Below, one piece after another: positions 1 to 15,000 of a DNA stretch of 64,000 bases. The translations under genes and the position numbers were made by a program. Source of the DNA: an uncultured Gammaproteobacteria bacterium (GTDB lineage: Bacteria; Patescibacteriota; Microgenomatia; Levybacterales; GWA1-39-11). The DNA is taken from contig CAYPEN010000001.1 in assembly GCA_964409875.1 (NCBI GenBank), positions 356,275 to 420,274 on the forward strand, in the 5' to 3' direction. Positions within the stretch are counted from its first letter, which is position 1. Every line of letters starts with the position of its first letter. The notes under the pieces were generated by a model. It worked only from the letters and a program-made list of their open reading frames with translations, was not told where the DNA came from and did not search any database.

Positions 1-3000
1 GCAACTGACGGAACGATAACCGCCACAGGAGACATCAATGCAAATTCGGGAGTTTTGGCAACAACTCAAAGTTCAGCTTCCTTATTTAATACTAATGCAA
101 CAACTCTTACTATCGGTGGTGCTGCAACAACGCTTACCCTTGGCGCATCAACAGGCACCGCTACCATAAATAACACGACCGTTGTAGCACCAAACTCACA
201 ATTTGGTATCGGGACTGCTTCTCCAATTTCAGCATTATATGTAACCCGCCCACTGACTCTTGGCTCAACAGGGAAGGCGCTTGCGATATTTGACCAAATA
301 GAGAACCAGGATATTTTGACAGCATCCGCTTCAGGTGTCACGAAATTCACCGTTTCAAATACAGGAAACGTTACAGCCGCGGGGAATTTGGACATTACAG
401 GAACCTCCCAATTAACAGGTAACGTCACAACTTCAGGCGACCTTGCTGTTAATGGTGGAGACATTACAACGACCAATGCGACAGCTACCTTATTTAATAC
501 GAATGCCACCAACCTGTCCATTGGGGGTGCTGCAACTACCGTTTCACTTGGAGCAGGAACAGGAACAACAACCGTCAATAATAACCTGAGCGTATCCGGC
601 ACAACCACCTCAACCGGGCTTATTACAGCAAATGGTGGACTTACGGTTGCCTCCAACCAAACATTGACTGCAAACGGTTCAGTTGCAATTGACCCGAATG
701 GAGCAAATGACATTACTATTACGACTGACTTCTCTGCCGGTTCGTACCTTACTATTACCGGTCTTGATACCCAGACTGGAAATACCCTCTGCGTTGACGG
801 GTCTAATAATGTAGTCAAATGTTCTGCCGCTTCAACGACGTTGCAGTCGGCATACAATGGCGGTAACACTATAACCACTTCAGACAACAGGGATATCGCA
901 TTTACACTGTCAGACACAACTACCGACAGCAACTTTACCGTAACAACTGCCGATAACTCAACAAGTTACAGCGCATTTACAAGAGCTAACGGTGCCGGCA
1001 CTTCCGATCCATCGCAGCTCATACTGGTTGATAACCTTGATACTGACCGTGCAATTGCAGCAGGTATTAAAATTCAGGCAGCTGCTGGTGGCATCACCAA
1101 TGCACTTGATGTTTCAGATCCTGAGATTGTTAATGCGCTCTCCTTTGGCCTAAATGACATCATCGGTACACACGTAACAATAACCGGTAGTAACGGTAAC
1201 ATCGCAACCGATGGTACTGTCAATGCAACCGGGGATATTACAACCGGTGGGGACTTGGCAGTAAACGGCGCAACATCCGCTGACGTTACAACCACAACCA
1301 CCACCGCGACGGTATTTAACACAAATGCTACGACACTTAACATAGGTGGTGCGGCAACGACCTTAACGCTTGGTGCATCCACTGGAACTGCAACCATCGC
1401 AAATGGAACGGTTACATTCTCAAATGCAACGGCTTTTGACGCGCTTACCGCTTTGGCAAGAGTTGACTCACTTCAAGTCGGCGGAGGGTATGGTTCAACT
1501 GGGGTAACTGTTTCAAACACTGGTAACATTCAAGCAAACGGAACGTTAACTGTAGACGGACTTTCGACGCTTACAGGCGGAGTGACATCGCCTGGCAACA
1601 TTACGACGACCGGAACCGGAGCAATAACATCTGCCGGAACGCTTACCGCCTCAAACGGTTTGACTCTTACAACCGGTGCATTAAGCCTGACAGCAACCTC
1701 CGGTTCGCTCAGTCTTTCGGGTCTTGGAGCATCATCTCTCAATTTTGGGGCGAATGATGTCACCTTCACATCAGCCAACTTCAATACCACGTCAACCGGT
1801 ATCAACGGGACGGCAATTGGAGCAACTACCCCCTCGACTGGTAACTTTACCAATTTGACGACCACATCAAACGCATCGTTCTCCGGCAACTTGACGCTTG
1901 CAGGCGCCCCCCGCTCTATCCAGACGACGGAAAACAATACCCTAACTCTTGGTGGGAATACAACCGGCAATATTAATCTTTCGCCTCTTAACGGAGTAGG
2001 CATAGTAACTGTCAATGGAAATACCGTAGTATCTGGTTCTAATACTCTTACAGTCGGAACAGGCCTTACTACCCTTGGAGGAGCATTGAATGTGGCGGGG
2101 ACATCAACGTTTACAGGCAATATTTCCCAAACGGGGGCAACAACCTTCTCAACCGGGACAGGGAACGTTTCGTTAAATGGCAACACTTCGGTTACCGGCT
2201 CTAACACATTCACCGTCGGAACAGGGCTTACCACACTTGGTGGAAACCTGTTGGCGCAAGGGACAGCTTCTATTTCAGGCGACTTAACATTGTACTCGAT
2301 ACCTACGATTCAATCGGCTGCAAACCAATCACTTACTCTTGGGGGGAACACAACCGGGACAATTAATCTTAATGACAACACAAATGTACTGGGGAGCAAT
2401 ACCTTTACTGTCGGGACTGGAGCAACAACTCTAGGCGGAACTCTTGATGTTGCAGGTGTTGCAACGTTTACAAATAACATCTCCCAGACGGGGACAGCAA
2501 CATTCTCTACAGGAACGGGTAATGTTTCGTTAAATGGCAATACATCCGTAACCGGAACCAACACATTCACCGTCGGAACAGGTCTTACCACTCTTGGCGG
2601 AAACCTGTTGGCACAAGGGACAGCCTCTGTCTCCGGCGGACTTACACTTTACACAATTCCAACTCTGCAATCGACCGCTAACCAGACACTTACCCTGGGT
2701 GGGAACACAACAGGAGATATATCATTTAAACCGGGGAACAATACTTCAACCCTTTATCTCTCATCAGCAGGTAAAGTTGGCATAGGCACATCAAATCCTC
2801 TCTATACCCTTGATGTCATAAACGGAACTGCTAATACTGGTACCGGTGGATATGGAGCAAATCCAGGCAGCTTCTCTATTACAGGTCCCGATTTGGCAGT
2901 TGGAGCGGCAGGTGGTAATATGGTCTTTACAACAAACAGTAACTTTGCTGCTGATGCAGGAGGGTCTATTGCGCTAGGAGGCCGATATATCTCAGCATCA

Positions 3001-6000
3001 TCAAACGACACTATTTTTGCAAAAATTAAGGGAGCTAAAGAAAACTCTTCAAGCAACAATAGAAATGGATATCTCTCCTTTGCAACCTATAATCACAATG
3101 CTGATTTGATGATAGAAAGAGTAAGAATAGATTCTAATGGGAATGTTGGTATTGGTACAACATCACCATTGGCAACGCTTGACGTGGCTGGTTCGGCTAC
3201 CATATCTGGTGCTTTGACCTTGAATTCCGTCGCGTCAATTCAAACTACCAATAACCAATCTCTGACACTTGGTGGCAATACGACCGGAAATATTTATCTC
3301 AATAATAATACTCAGGTTTTAGGCTCGAATACCTTCACTCTCGGTGCCTCCGCTGCCCTTATCGATTATGGCACTGCTGACTTTAGGAATTCATCAGGTT
3401 TGACGGTCGGGGAAGATTTGGCTACAAACACTCCCGGCCAAATAAAATTCATTGGGGCCGGTGCGAACAACTTCTCAACGACATTTGTTGCAGGGACCCA
3501 AACCCAAAATGTAACCTACACCCTTCCTCCGGATGATGGAAATAGCAATTATGTTCTCGTTACTGATGGGAGCGGAGGTCTCTCATGGCAGTCATCCTCT
3601 GGAATTGGGGCTGGAACAATTACTGCCGTTGGAAATGTTCTTTCAGGAACGGCATTTACCGGCTCTGATTCTTCAGCTAACAAAGGTAACCAACTCGTCT
3701 TTGAGGGTTCTACGACCGTTGATGATGCAAATGACATTACGCTTACCGCAGTTAACCCCGTCTCATCTGTTACCTATACGCTTCCCGATATTGGCACTAA
3801 CAGCGATATTGCTCTTTTGGCTGGAACCCAGACATTCACGGGGGCAAAGACTTTCTCTAATGGAATCAATGTTTCAGGCGGGAACGCAACGATTTCTGGT
3901 ACCCTTACTTTCTATGGAGGTCCCCAGTCAATCCAAACCACAAACGCAAGCTCACTGACATTGGGCGGGGATACTACTGGAGACATTTTCCTCCGACCTC
4001 GAAATAGTACCGGTCTTGTGCATATCGTTCACGGAAACAATGGTAACGGAGGTTTGATTTTGACTGACTCTGAAACCGATGCAACAAATAAGACCGCAAG
4101 GATTAAGTCCACAGCTTACAATAGTGCCTCATCACTTCCCGTTACCATGATGTTGGCGGCAAATTCAAATACCAAAAATCAACTTCAAATAGGAGGGGGT
4201 TCGGGCTCTGAATATGCTACGACTGAAATTCTATTCAGAACTGCAACGAATCTGACGACAACTGCGGGTACCATTAGATTGTATGTAGGTGGAACAGACG
4301 GATATGTTGGCGTAGGAGACAACAATATTACGCCTGTTGCGCCATTAGATGTTCTCAATAGCGGATCGAGTGGAAATGGTGAGAAATTGGCGCTTCGAAG
4401 AAGCGGCGCCGGGGATGTTGGTCTTTCATTCCAACAAAATGGAGTTTCAGCTTTCGGAATTGTTAATAAGAGTGGTGCCGGTAACGGCCTTGCATTCATT
4501 GATAACTACTGGGAAGGGGACACAGGAGTGGAGGTTGCCAGGTTCTATGCTTCTTCCGGTGTCGGAATTGGAACGAATGGAAGTTTACCGTTGGGGACAT
4601 TGGATGTAAGAGGAATATTCGCAAATTCCGGCACACAACCTGTAGCTTCACTATCTGGAACTACCACCTTTGCAGGTCTATTAGTTGATAATGCAGGTTT
4701 TGGCGATCTTTTGACCGCATCAACATCGGGGGCAACTAAATTTGTTGTATCAAATAACGGAAGCCTTACTGCATATGGCTCAATTACTTCGGGTCAGGAC
4801 AAGCCAAGCGGAACCAACAATGTCGGAGGACAGCTCAAGCTCTACTCTGAAGGCGACAACGCATATTCGACGGTATTTAAAACCCAAACCCAAACCCAGA
4901 ATGTCACTTACACACTTCCCGCTGATGACGGCTCTAACAATTACGTTCTGACAACTGACGGGACTGGTGCTCTGTCCTGGCAGTCAGCGTCAGGAGTCGG
5001 TGCAGGGACGATTACGGCTGTTGGAAACGTTATGACAGGAACAGCATTCACCGGTAATGACTCATCGGCTCAGAAAGGCAATAACTTAATCTTTGAAGGT
5101 TCCACAACAACGGATGATGCAAATGACATTACATTGACCGCAGTCAATCCTGCTGCGTCTCTTACATACACACTACCCGACCTTGGGACCAATGGAACTT
5201 TTGCGTTCCTTGAGGGATCACAGACTTTCACAGGGGCAAAGACGTTCTCTGACCTAACAATTTCCGACACAAATGTTTCCTTCTCCGGAGGAAATACTAC
5301 TCTTAATTTCGGAGCAAACAACGCAACAATTGACGCGTCCAATTTACTTACCACCGGGAATGCTTCTATTTCAGGCAACCTGACCCTTGCTGGCGGTGCG
5401 CGTTCCATTCAATCTACTGCCTTCAATACCCTAACTCTGGGCGGCAGTACGACGGGCAATATTCTTCTGAGGCCACAGAATGGTACAGGCTTCGTAGGCA
5501 TTAATGTCGCAAATCCTCAAAGCGAGTTAGATTTGAATGGGGTGCTTTCATTTAGAGACGTTTCCGGATTCACTTCAGATGTTGGGACCATTCAGTATGT
5601 TACGGGAGGAGTTGGAAACGGATACCTACGATTTACGGGGCAGGGAACAAACGGTACGTTGGCCGAATTTAGGGATTGTTGTAACTCGGTATTTTCTATA
5701 GGCACGACTGGAAATAGAAGTGGGTTTGGTTATGGATTGGATGTGGGTGGTCAGTTGAGGGGAGATACATCTATTGGTTTATATGCTGATAATACAAATG
5801 ACACCTATCCTTCCGTAGGGTTTACAGCTTCAGGGACTCTCGCATTTGGAGCAGGTGGAGCAAGTGCGACAGATACGACCATTTCACGCTTCGCAAAAGG
5901 TGATTTAAGAACAACCAATACAATATTGCAAGTTCAGGGTGGAAATACAGGCGGTCGGGCTGCTCTTATAGTTGATCAAAATGGTTCGACAACAAACGAC

Positions 6001-9000
6001 CTTATTACAGCCTCATCCTCAGGGGCGACAAAGTTTGAAGTTCTAAACGGAGGCGGCATCAGGATTGCTGCCGGTAACACAATTGACAATTTGACGTCTG
6101 GAACGCTTAGCATTGGAACCGTGAATGCTTCAACTTTGAATTTAGGCACCGCAACAACAGGAACGACGAATGTATACGGAGGAAATATAAATCTTAATGG
6201 GAATACCAATGTTGCATCCGGCAATACGTTTACAGTAGTTTCGGGTCAAGCTGTTATTACAGGTCAAAATTCTGGTGGTGCAACTACGTTAAGGGTTAAC
6301 AACCACACATCGGGTGGGTCAATTGCGGTATTCCAAAATGCGGCTGTTGATGTCTTCTCAATACTCAATGGCGGAAATGTTGCCGCGACGAAAGAGTTGA
6401 GTGTTTTGGGGAATGTAAGTGCAGGTACGACAACATCGCTCACATCTTTGTATGTTGACGGACAGAATTCAAAGGGTCGCGCGGCATTCATAGTCAACCA
6501 GACCGCATCATCATCAAATGACATTTTTGCCGCTTCCTCGTCTGGTACTACCAAGTTCCTGGTTGCCAATAATGGGGACACAACTATTTCTGGTACAACT
6601 AACCTCAACGGTGGAGCTACAGTTGCTTCGGGGCAGACCTTGTCTGTTCTTGGACCCGTGTCACTTGATCCTAACGGGGCAAACGACATAACGTTGACAA
6701 CCGATTACACAGCCGGCTCATACTTGAATGTTCCCGGACTTGATACCCAGGTTGGGACCCAGCTTTGTGTTGACGGGTCAAATAATGTCGTCAAATGTGC
6801 TGCAGGTTCGAATTCATTGCAAGCTGCATATAATGGAGGGAACACTATAACAACCTCAGATAACAGAGACATCGCATTTACCCTGACCGACACGGCAACC
6901 GACTCAAAGTTCACTATCACCAATCAAGGGACGGCAAATGCATTCGTCATCAATGACACGAATGGAGCCACGAACACACTTCTTGAGCTTCAGTCAGGTG
7001 GAGTCCAGAAATTAACAATTGATGAGTTAGGGAACATTACGACAGCTGGGGACGTTGCAGTCAATGGTGGAGATATAACTACAACGAACGCAACAGCAAC
7101 TGTGTTTAATACAAATGCAACAACTCTTCAAATCGGAGAAGCTGCGACTAACATTTCAATCGGAGCCTTGACCGGTTCAACAACTATTCACAACGCTGTC
7201 AATGCAAACGGACTTTTGACTGCAAACGCCGGTGCTATCGTTCCGAGCGGTCAAGCATTTGATGCCTCCGGTTCTGCGACGTTTGTTCCAAATGGAACAA
7301 ATTCTGTAACCATAGCAACTGATGCCGATTCATTCCTGAAATTGACTGGGCTTACCACCCCCGGTATATCAGGAAATGCTCTCTGTATTGATGCATCTAA
7401 CAATGTGACAAAGTGTTCTTCCTCAACCTTCACGCTGCAAGGAGCGTACAATGGAGGCAACACAATTAGCACTTCTGACAATAGGGATATTGCATTCACC
7501 CTCTCTAACACTACAACCGACAGTAACTTTAGTGTAACGACCGCTACCGACTCGACAGGCTACTCAGCCTTCACCCGAGCCGACGGAGCAGGGACTTCCG
7601 ATCCGTCCCAATTGGTGCTCATCCAAAATCTTGATACCAATAGAGCGCTTCCCGTGGGCCTTAAGATTGCCGGCGTAAGCGGTGGGAATGTTACAACAGC
7701 GCTAGATCTAACGGACAGTAATATCACGACAGCTATTGCATTGGGAACAAATAATGTGAACGGTACTAATTTCTCAATTACAGGGAGTTCGGGTAACATT
7801 ACAACATCCGGAGATATTGCAGTAAACGGCGGAGACCTTACAACCAGCCAGGCATCAGCTACCTTATTTGATACTAACGCGACAACCCTTAACCTTGGTG
7901 GAGCTGCTACAACCCTCAACCTTGGTGCTGCGACTGGAACGGCAACAATTGCAAACAACACGGTATCACTCTCAAATGCAACCGCATTCAATGCCCTTTC
8001 AGCCCTTGCAAAGGTAAGCTCTCTTGAAGTAGGTGGAGCGTATGGGTCAACAGGCGTGACCATTTCGAGTACAGGAGATATACAGGCAAATGGAACGCTC
8101 ACAATTGATGGAACCTCAACACTTACAGGTAATGTGACGGCAACAGGCGACATTGCGGTTAATGGAGGAGATATTACTTCAACATCAGGAACGGCAACGC
8201 TTTACAACTCCGGAGTATCAACTGTTAATATAGGAAGCGCAGCAACAACTGTAACGCTCGGCGCCGCAACAGGAACAACAACCGTTAACAACAATTTGGG
8301 CGTAACCGGGACCCTGACGTCAACCGGCCTTGCTCAATTTAACGGAAATGCACTCGTCCCTAACGACCGGTCGTTTGATGCGTCGGGGGCGGCCACTTTT
8401 GCACCAAATGCAACCAATGACGTTACATTTAATACAGACAGTGACTCAACTATTGTCTTGAATGGTCTTCAAACGGCAACAGGTACTACGCTTTGTGTCG
8501 ATGGATCGAACAACATTGTGAAGTGTTCTGCTGCTTCAATAACCCTTCAATCAGCCTACAACGGAGGGAACACTATCACAACCTCGGCCGGGCGCGATAT
8601 TGCCCTTACCCTTACCGATGCTAACTTCAGCGCTACAGCTTCAGCAGGTTCCAACGGGTTCTCACAATTTGCGCTTGCTAATGGTTCGAATGCAAATCCT
8701 GCAAACCAAATCGTTTTGGTTGAGAACCTCGATACTAACGAAGGGGTTACAACAGGAATTAAAGTACAAGCCTCTGCAGGTGGCATCACCAATGGAATCG
8801 ACCTCTCCGATCCTGAGCTTGTAAATGCGCTTGCCCTGGGTGCTAATGATGTTGTAGCTACAAACTTCTCAATAACCGGTTCGAATGGAAATATTGCGAC
8901 CAATGGTACTATTACTGCAACGGGCGACATTAATGTAAATTCCGGGACACTAGCTACAAATCAGACAACCGCAAATCTGTTCAACGCAACCGCTACGACT

Positions 9001-12000
9001 CTTAACATAGGTGGTGTTGCTACAACGCTTAACCTTGGGGCTTCTACCGGAACGGCGACTATCAATAACACAACCGTAAATCTTGCAAACGCGACAACCT
9101 TCACTGCAAATTCCGCAGCTGCTTCGTTTGATTCACTTACTGTTGGCGGCGGGTACGGGTCAACCGGGGTAACCGTTTCAAATACAGGCAACATTCAAGC
9201 TAATGGAACTTTGACAGTTGATGGTATCTCGACATTAACAGGTAATGTTACGACCTCAGGCACAATCAATGCTAACGGGGGAACAATTGCTACCAACCAA
9301 ACTACAGCCAACCTGTTCACAGCAAATGCCACCACTCTTAATATAGGAAGCGCGGCAACAACGGTGTCGCTCGGTGCTGGAAGCGGAACAACAACCGTCA
9401 ACAACGCTCTTACATCAACGGGTCTTATTACAGCAAATGGTGGACTCACTGTTTCATCGAGCCAAACTCTTACCGCCAATGGTCCTGTTTCAATTGATCC
9501 GAATTCTTCAAATGACATTGCGATAACAACAGATTTCTCAGCAGGTTCATACATCAATATCACAGGTCTTGACACGCAAAACGGAACAGCCCTTTGTATA
9601 GATGGCTCTAATAATGTTGTGAAATGTGCCAATGCTGCGGCAACATTGCAATCTGCTTACAACAATGGAAATACTATTCTTACTTCTGATTCAAAGGATA
9701 TAGCATTTACCTTATCCGACACTACAACTGACAGCAATTTCATGGTGATGACAGCTACAGGCTCAACAGGATACTCAGCGTTTACCCGGGCAGACGGAGC
9801 AGGAACCGCAGACCCTGCCCAATTAGTTTTGATTCAAAACCTTGACACAAACCGCGCCCAACCTATCGGTCTTAAAATCGCAGGTGTGTCAGGTGGAAAT
9901 ATCACTACTGCGCTTGATTTGTCGGACAGCAATATAACAACTGCGATAGCTTTGGGGACTAATAATATTTCCGCAACCCACTTCACGCTTACCGGCTCAA
10001 ATGGTAACATTGCAACTGATGGGACAATAACTGCAACAGGAGATATCACATCTACCGGCAATCTTGCTGCCAATGGCGGGACTCTTTCTACCACCAATTC
10101 GTCTGCCAATGTATTTAATGCCAATGCAACCACTCTAAATATAGGCGGCGCGGCTACAACGGTTTCACTGGGTGCCGGAAGCGGAACGACAACGGTTAAC
10201 AACAGTTTGACCGTTTCGGGTTCTGCTTTTGATGCCCTTTCAGCCCTTGCTAGAGTTGACTCTCTTCAGGTTGGTGGCGGATACGGCTCAACAGGTGTAA
10301 CAGTTTCTAACGCCGGTACTATCCAGGCAAACGGTAATTTAACCATTGACGGGACATCTACCCTCACGGGTAACGTTACTGCGACAGGAGATATCGCCCT
10401 TAACGGTGGTGACCTCACGACAACTTCAGGGACTGCGACCTTATTTAATGCCAATGCAACGACTTTGAATATCGGCGGCGCTGCAACGACTGTTTCGATT
10501 GGAGCAGGAACCGGTACAACGACGGTAAACAACAATCTGACCGTTGCCGGAAATGGGGTTTATGCAGGTACCTCTACATTCAATGGCGACGTCACGATAT
10601 CAAGTGACCGCTACTTTAATGCCTCGGGGTCTGCAATCTTTTCACCGGCTGGAACAGAGTCTGTAACGGTGAATACAGATGCAGACTCATTCCTGACGCT
10701 CAATGGGCTTACAACTCCCGGAGTTGCCGGAACAACACTTTGTATTGATGGGTCGAATAATGTTACGAAGTGTGCGGCAAGCACATTCTCGTTGCAAGGC
10801 GCATACAATGGCGGAAATACTATTAATACATCAGACAACAGGGATATTGCCTTCACGCTTTCCAACACCACAACGGACAGCAATTTCACGGTTACAACTG
10901 CCGACGGCTCAACAGGTTACTCGGTCTTCACCCGTGCAAACGGATCAGGCACGTCTGACCCAGCGCAACTCGTTCTCGTTGACAACCTTGACACAGACCG
11001 TCCGGTCGCAGCAGGAATTAAGGTGCAGGCTGCAGCGGGTGGTATAACCAACGGTATTGATTTGTCAGATGCAGAAATAGTGAATGCTTTGTCGCTTGGG
11101 GCAAATGACATCACATCAACCCACTTTACTCTAACGGGCAGCAACGGAAATATTGCAACTGATGGGACCATCACGGCGTCAGGGGACATTAACGCCAACT
11201 CCGGGACATTAGCAACGAATCAGACCACCGGTAACTTGTTCAACGCAACAGCAACGACTTTGAATATCGGTGGCGCTGCAACCACCGTATCTTTGGGAGC
11301 AGGTTCAGGCACGACAACCGTTAATAATTCGCTTACGGTCTCAGGAAGCGCGTTTGATGCGTTGTCTGCACTTGCCAGAGTTGACTCTCTTCAGGTTGGG
11401 GGCGGATATGGGTCAACAGGAGTAACTGTTTCAAATACCGGTAATATTCAGGCAAACGGAACGCTCACAATTGACGGCGTATCAACTTTGACCGGAAACA
11501 TCACAACTTCAGGGACAATCAACGCCAATGGAGGAACAATTGCCTCCACACAATCCTCATTTGATCTCTTTACATCAACCGTTACGACCCTTAACGCAGG
11601 AACAGCGGCTACCACCCTTAATTTGGGCGCGACAACAGGAACAGCCACTATTAACAATGCAACCGTTACCCTATCCAATGCAACCGCATTTAATGCCCTC
11701 ACTGCCCTTGCGAAAGTTGATTCACTGCAAGTCGGTGGCGGATATGGTTCGACAGGGCTCACCATCTCTAACGCCGGCAATATTCAGGCCAATGGAACAC
11801 TTACGGTTGATGGTACTTCAACGTTAACAGGAGATGTGACGGCCGCTGGAGACGTTGCAGTTAACGGTGGAGATATTACAACGACAGCTGCCTCTGCTAC
11901 CCTCTTCAACACTAACGCAACAACACTTGCTATTGGCGGCGCGGCAACCGGCTTGACGCTTGGCGCCTCAACCGGAACAACAACGGTCAACAACAATCTG

Positions 12001-15000
12001 GTGGTTGCAAAGACATCCACGTTCAATGGAGATGTCACAATTTCTGACAGTAGATATTTGAATGCTTCAGGCAGCGCAATATTCTCACCATCCGGAACAA
12101 ATTCGGTAACTGTTAATACAGATGCAGACTCGTTCTTGAAGGTTACGGGCCTTACAACCGCTTCGGGGACAGAGCTTTGTATTGATGGCTCCAACAATGT
12201 GGTGAAGTGTTCCGGAGTCTCAGTAAGTTTGCAAGGAGCGTACAATGGAGGCAACACTATAGTTACATCGGATAACAGGGATATTGCCTTTACCCTGTCA
12301 GATACCACAACCGACAGCAACTTTACGGTAACAACTGCAGCAGGTGGGTCCGGTTATAGCTATTTTGCACTGGCCGATGGTACTAACGCCACCCCACCTT
12401 CACAACTCTTGTTGGTTGAGAACTTAGACACAAATGAAGCGCTTCCAGTAGGCATAAAAATCCAGTCGGCTGCTGGAGGCATAACAACGGCTATTGACCT
12501 TTCCGACCCTGAAATTGTAACTGCACTCTCGCTTGGTGCAAACGATGTCGCCGCAACGAATTTCTCTGTAACAGGAAGCAATGGCAATATCACAACTGCA
12601 GGAGATATTGCAGTCAACGGTGCTGACATTACAACCTCATCAACCGGAACGGCAACTGTATTTAACACCAACGCTACGACTCTCAACATTGGCGGTGCGG
12701 CAACTACCTACACATTAGGTGCGACAAATGCAACCGGCAACATAAGAGGCACAACCATTAACTTCCCGAACGCAACCACACTTTCCGCTGCGGGAGCTGC
12801 CCTGACAATTGATTCGGTGAGTGTCGGCGGAGGATATGGCTCAACCGGTACTACGCTTTCAAATACCGGAGACATCCAGGCAAATGGAAATCTCACAATT
12901 GACGGCACGTCAACTCTGACAGGAAATGTGACAACTTCAGGCGACATTGCGGTAAATGGAGGAGACGTGACAACTACGGCCGCGTCAGCAACACTATTTA
13001 ATACCAACGCCACAACTCTTAATATCGGTGGGGCTGCGACTACGCTCAGCCTCGGAGCAGGAACAGGAACAACGACCGTTAACAACAATTTGAGTGTAAG
13101 TGGGACAACTACCTCGACAGGTCTTGTTACGGCTAACGGAGGATTGACAGTTTCTTCAGGCCAAACGCTTACCGCAAGCGGCCCTGTTTCAATTGACCCG
13201 AATGGAGCAAATGACATAACAGTAACGACCGATTTTGCAGCAGGCTCATACCTTATTGTTTCAGGACTTGATACTCAAGCCGGGACGAATGTTTGTATCG
13301 ATGGGTCTAACCACATAGTGAAATGCGCAAATGCAGCAGTCAGCCTACAGTCTGCGTATGAAGGTGGAAATACTATTGTCACTTCCGACAATAGGGATAT
13401 TTCATTCACGCTTTCTAACACCACAACCGACAGCAACTTCACCGTCACAACCGCAGCAGATTCAACAAGCTACAGTACATTTACAAGAGCAAATGGCGGG
13501 AGCGGTACAAATCCGTCTCAACTGGTTCTTATCCAAAATCTTGATTCAGGAAATGCGCTTCCTATTGGTCTTAAAATTGCAGGGGTTTCCGGAGGAAATG
13601 TAACCACTGCCCTCGATTTGTCAGATGCCAATATAACGACTGCTATTGCTTTGGGAGCCAACAGTATATCCGGAACCCATTTTACATTGACAGGTTCTAA
13701 CGGAAATATTGCAACAGACGGAACAATAACTGCAACAGGCAATATTAATGCAAATTCAGGAACTCTTGCAACGTCACAGACAACGGGCAATTTGTTCAAT
13801 ACAACCGCAACCACCCTCAATATCGGCGGTGCGGCAACTACTTATACCTTGGGTGCAACAACGGCTACCGGCAACATCAGAGGCACGACCATTAACTTCC
13901 CGAATGCCACAACCATTTCAGCAGGAAGCGCAGCTTTGACAATTGATTCACTTTCGGTAGGCGGAGGGTACGGTTCAACAGGCGTATCAATTGGTAATAC
14001 CGGCAATATTCAGGCAAACGGAGCACTCACAATTGACGGTACATCAACACTGACCGGAAACGTTACGGCCGGCGGAGACTTGGCCGTCAATGGCGCAACG
14101 AGTGCTGACATTACAACTACGACTACAACCGCAACCTTATTTAATACAAATGCAACAACCCTTAATATCGGAGGTGCTGCAACCACTCTCTCTCTTGGAG
14201 CAGGGACAGGTACGACTACGGTTAACAATGACCTTGCGGTTACAGGCACAACCACCGCAACCGGTCTTGCAACCTTCAATGGGGGCGCGACAGTTGCGAC
14301 AGGCCAAACATTTACGGCAAACGGAGCATCAACATTCTCGCCGGATTCGACGAATAGTGTTACGGTTAACACCGACGCCGATTCATTCCTTAAATTAACA
14401 GGGCTTACGACCCCCGGAACTGCCGGTTCTGTTCTTTGTGTTGATGCGTCCAACAACGTCACCAAATGTTCAGCAAATACTATCACGCTTCAGTCTGCTT
14501 ACAACGGCGGGAATACGATTAACACTTCCAATAACAGGGATATAGCGTTCACCCTCACAAACACCGCAACCGACAGTAATTTTGCTGTTACAACCGCGAC
14601 TGACTCAACAGGGTACAGTGCGTTCACCAGAGCTGATGGCGCCGGCATCAGTGACCCTGCTCAATTAGTTTTGATTAAGAATAATGATGTTGACCGCGCG
14701 CTTCCAGTAGGCCTTAAGATTGCAGGAGTTTCAGGAGGAGCTGTCACGACTGCAATTGACCTTTCGGATGCAAATATAACAACCGCCCTTTCCTTGGGTG
14801 CAGCTGATGTTACCGCAACCAATTACTCAATAACGGGAGCAACAGGAAATATTACAACATCGGGAGATATCGCAGTTAATGGAGGGGATATTACGACCAC
14901 TCAAGCAAGCGCCACATTGTTTAATACTAATGCGACAACACTTAATGTAGGCGGCGCAGCAACCACTCTTAATTTGGGTGCTGCAACCGGAACTGCAACA

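Noticed and set aside
55-57. TTG start assigned to the giant ORF
   Set aside because: The frame is open from base 1 and already in repeat sequence; the true start lies outside the window.
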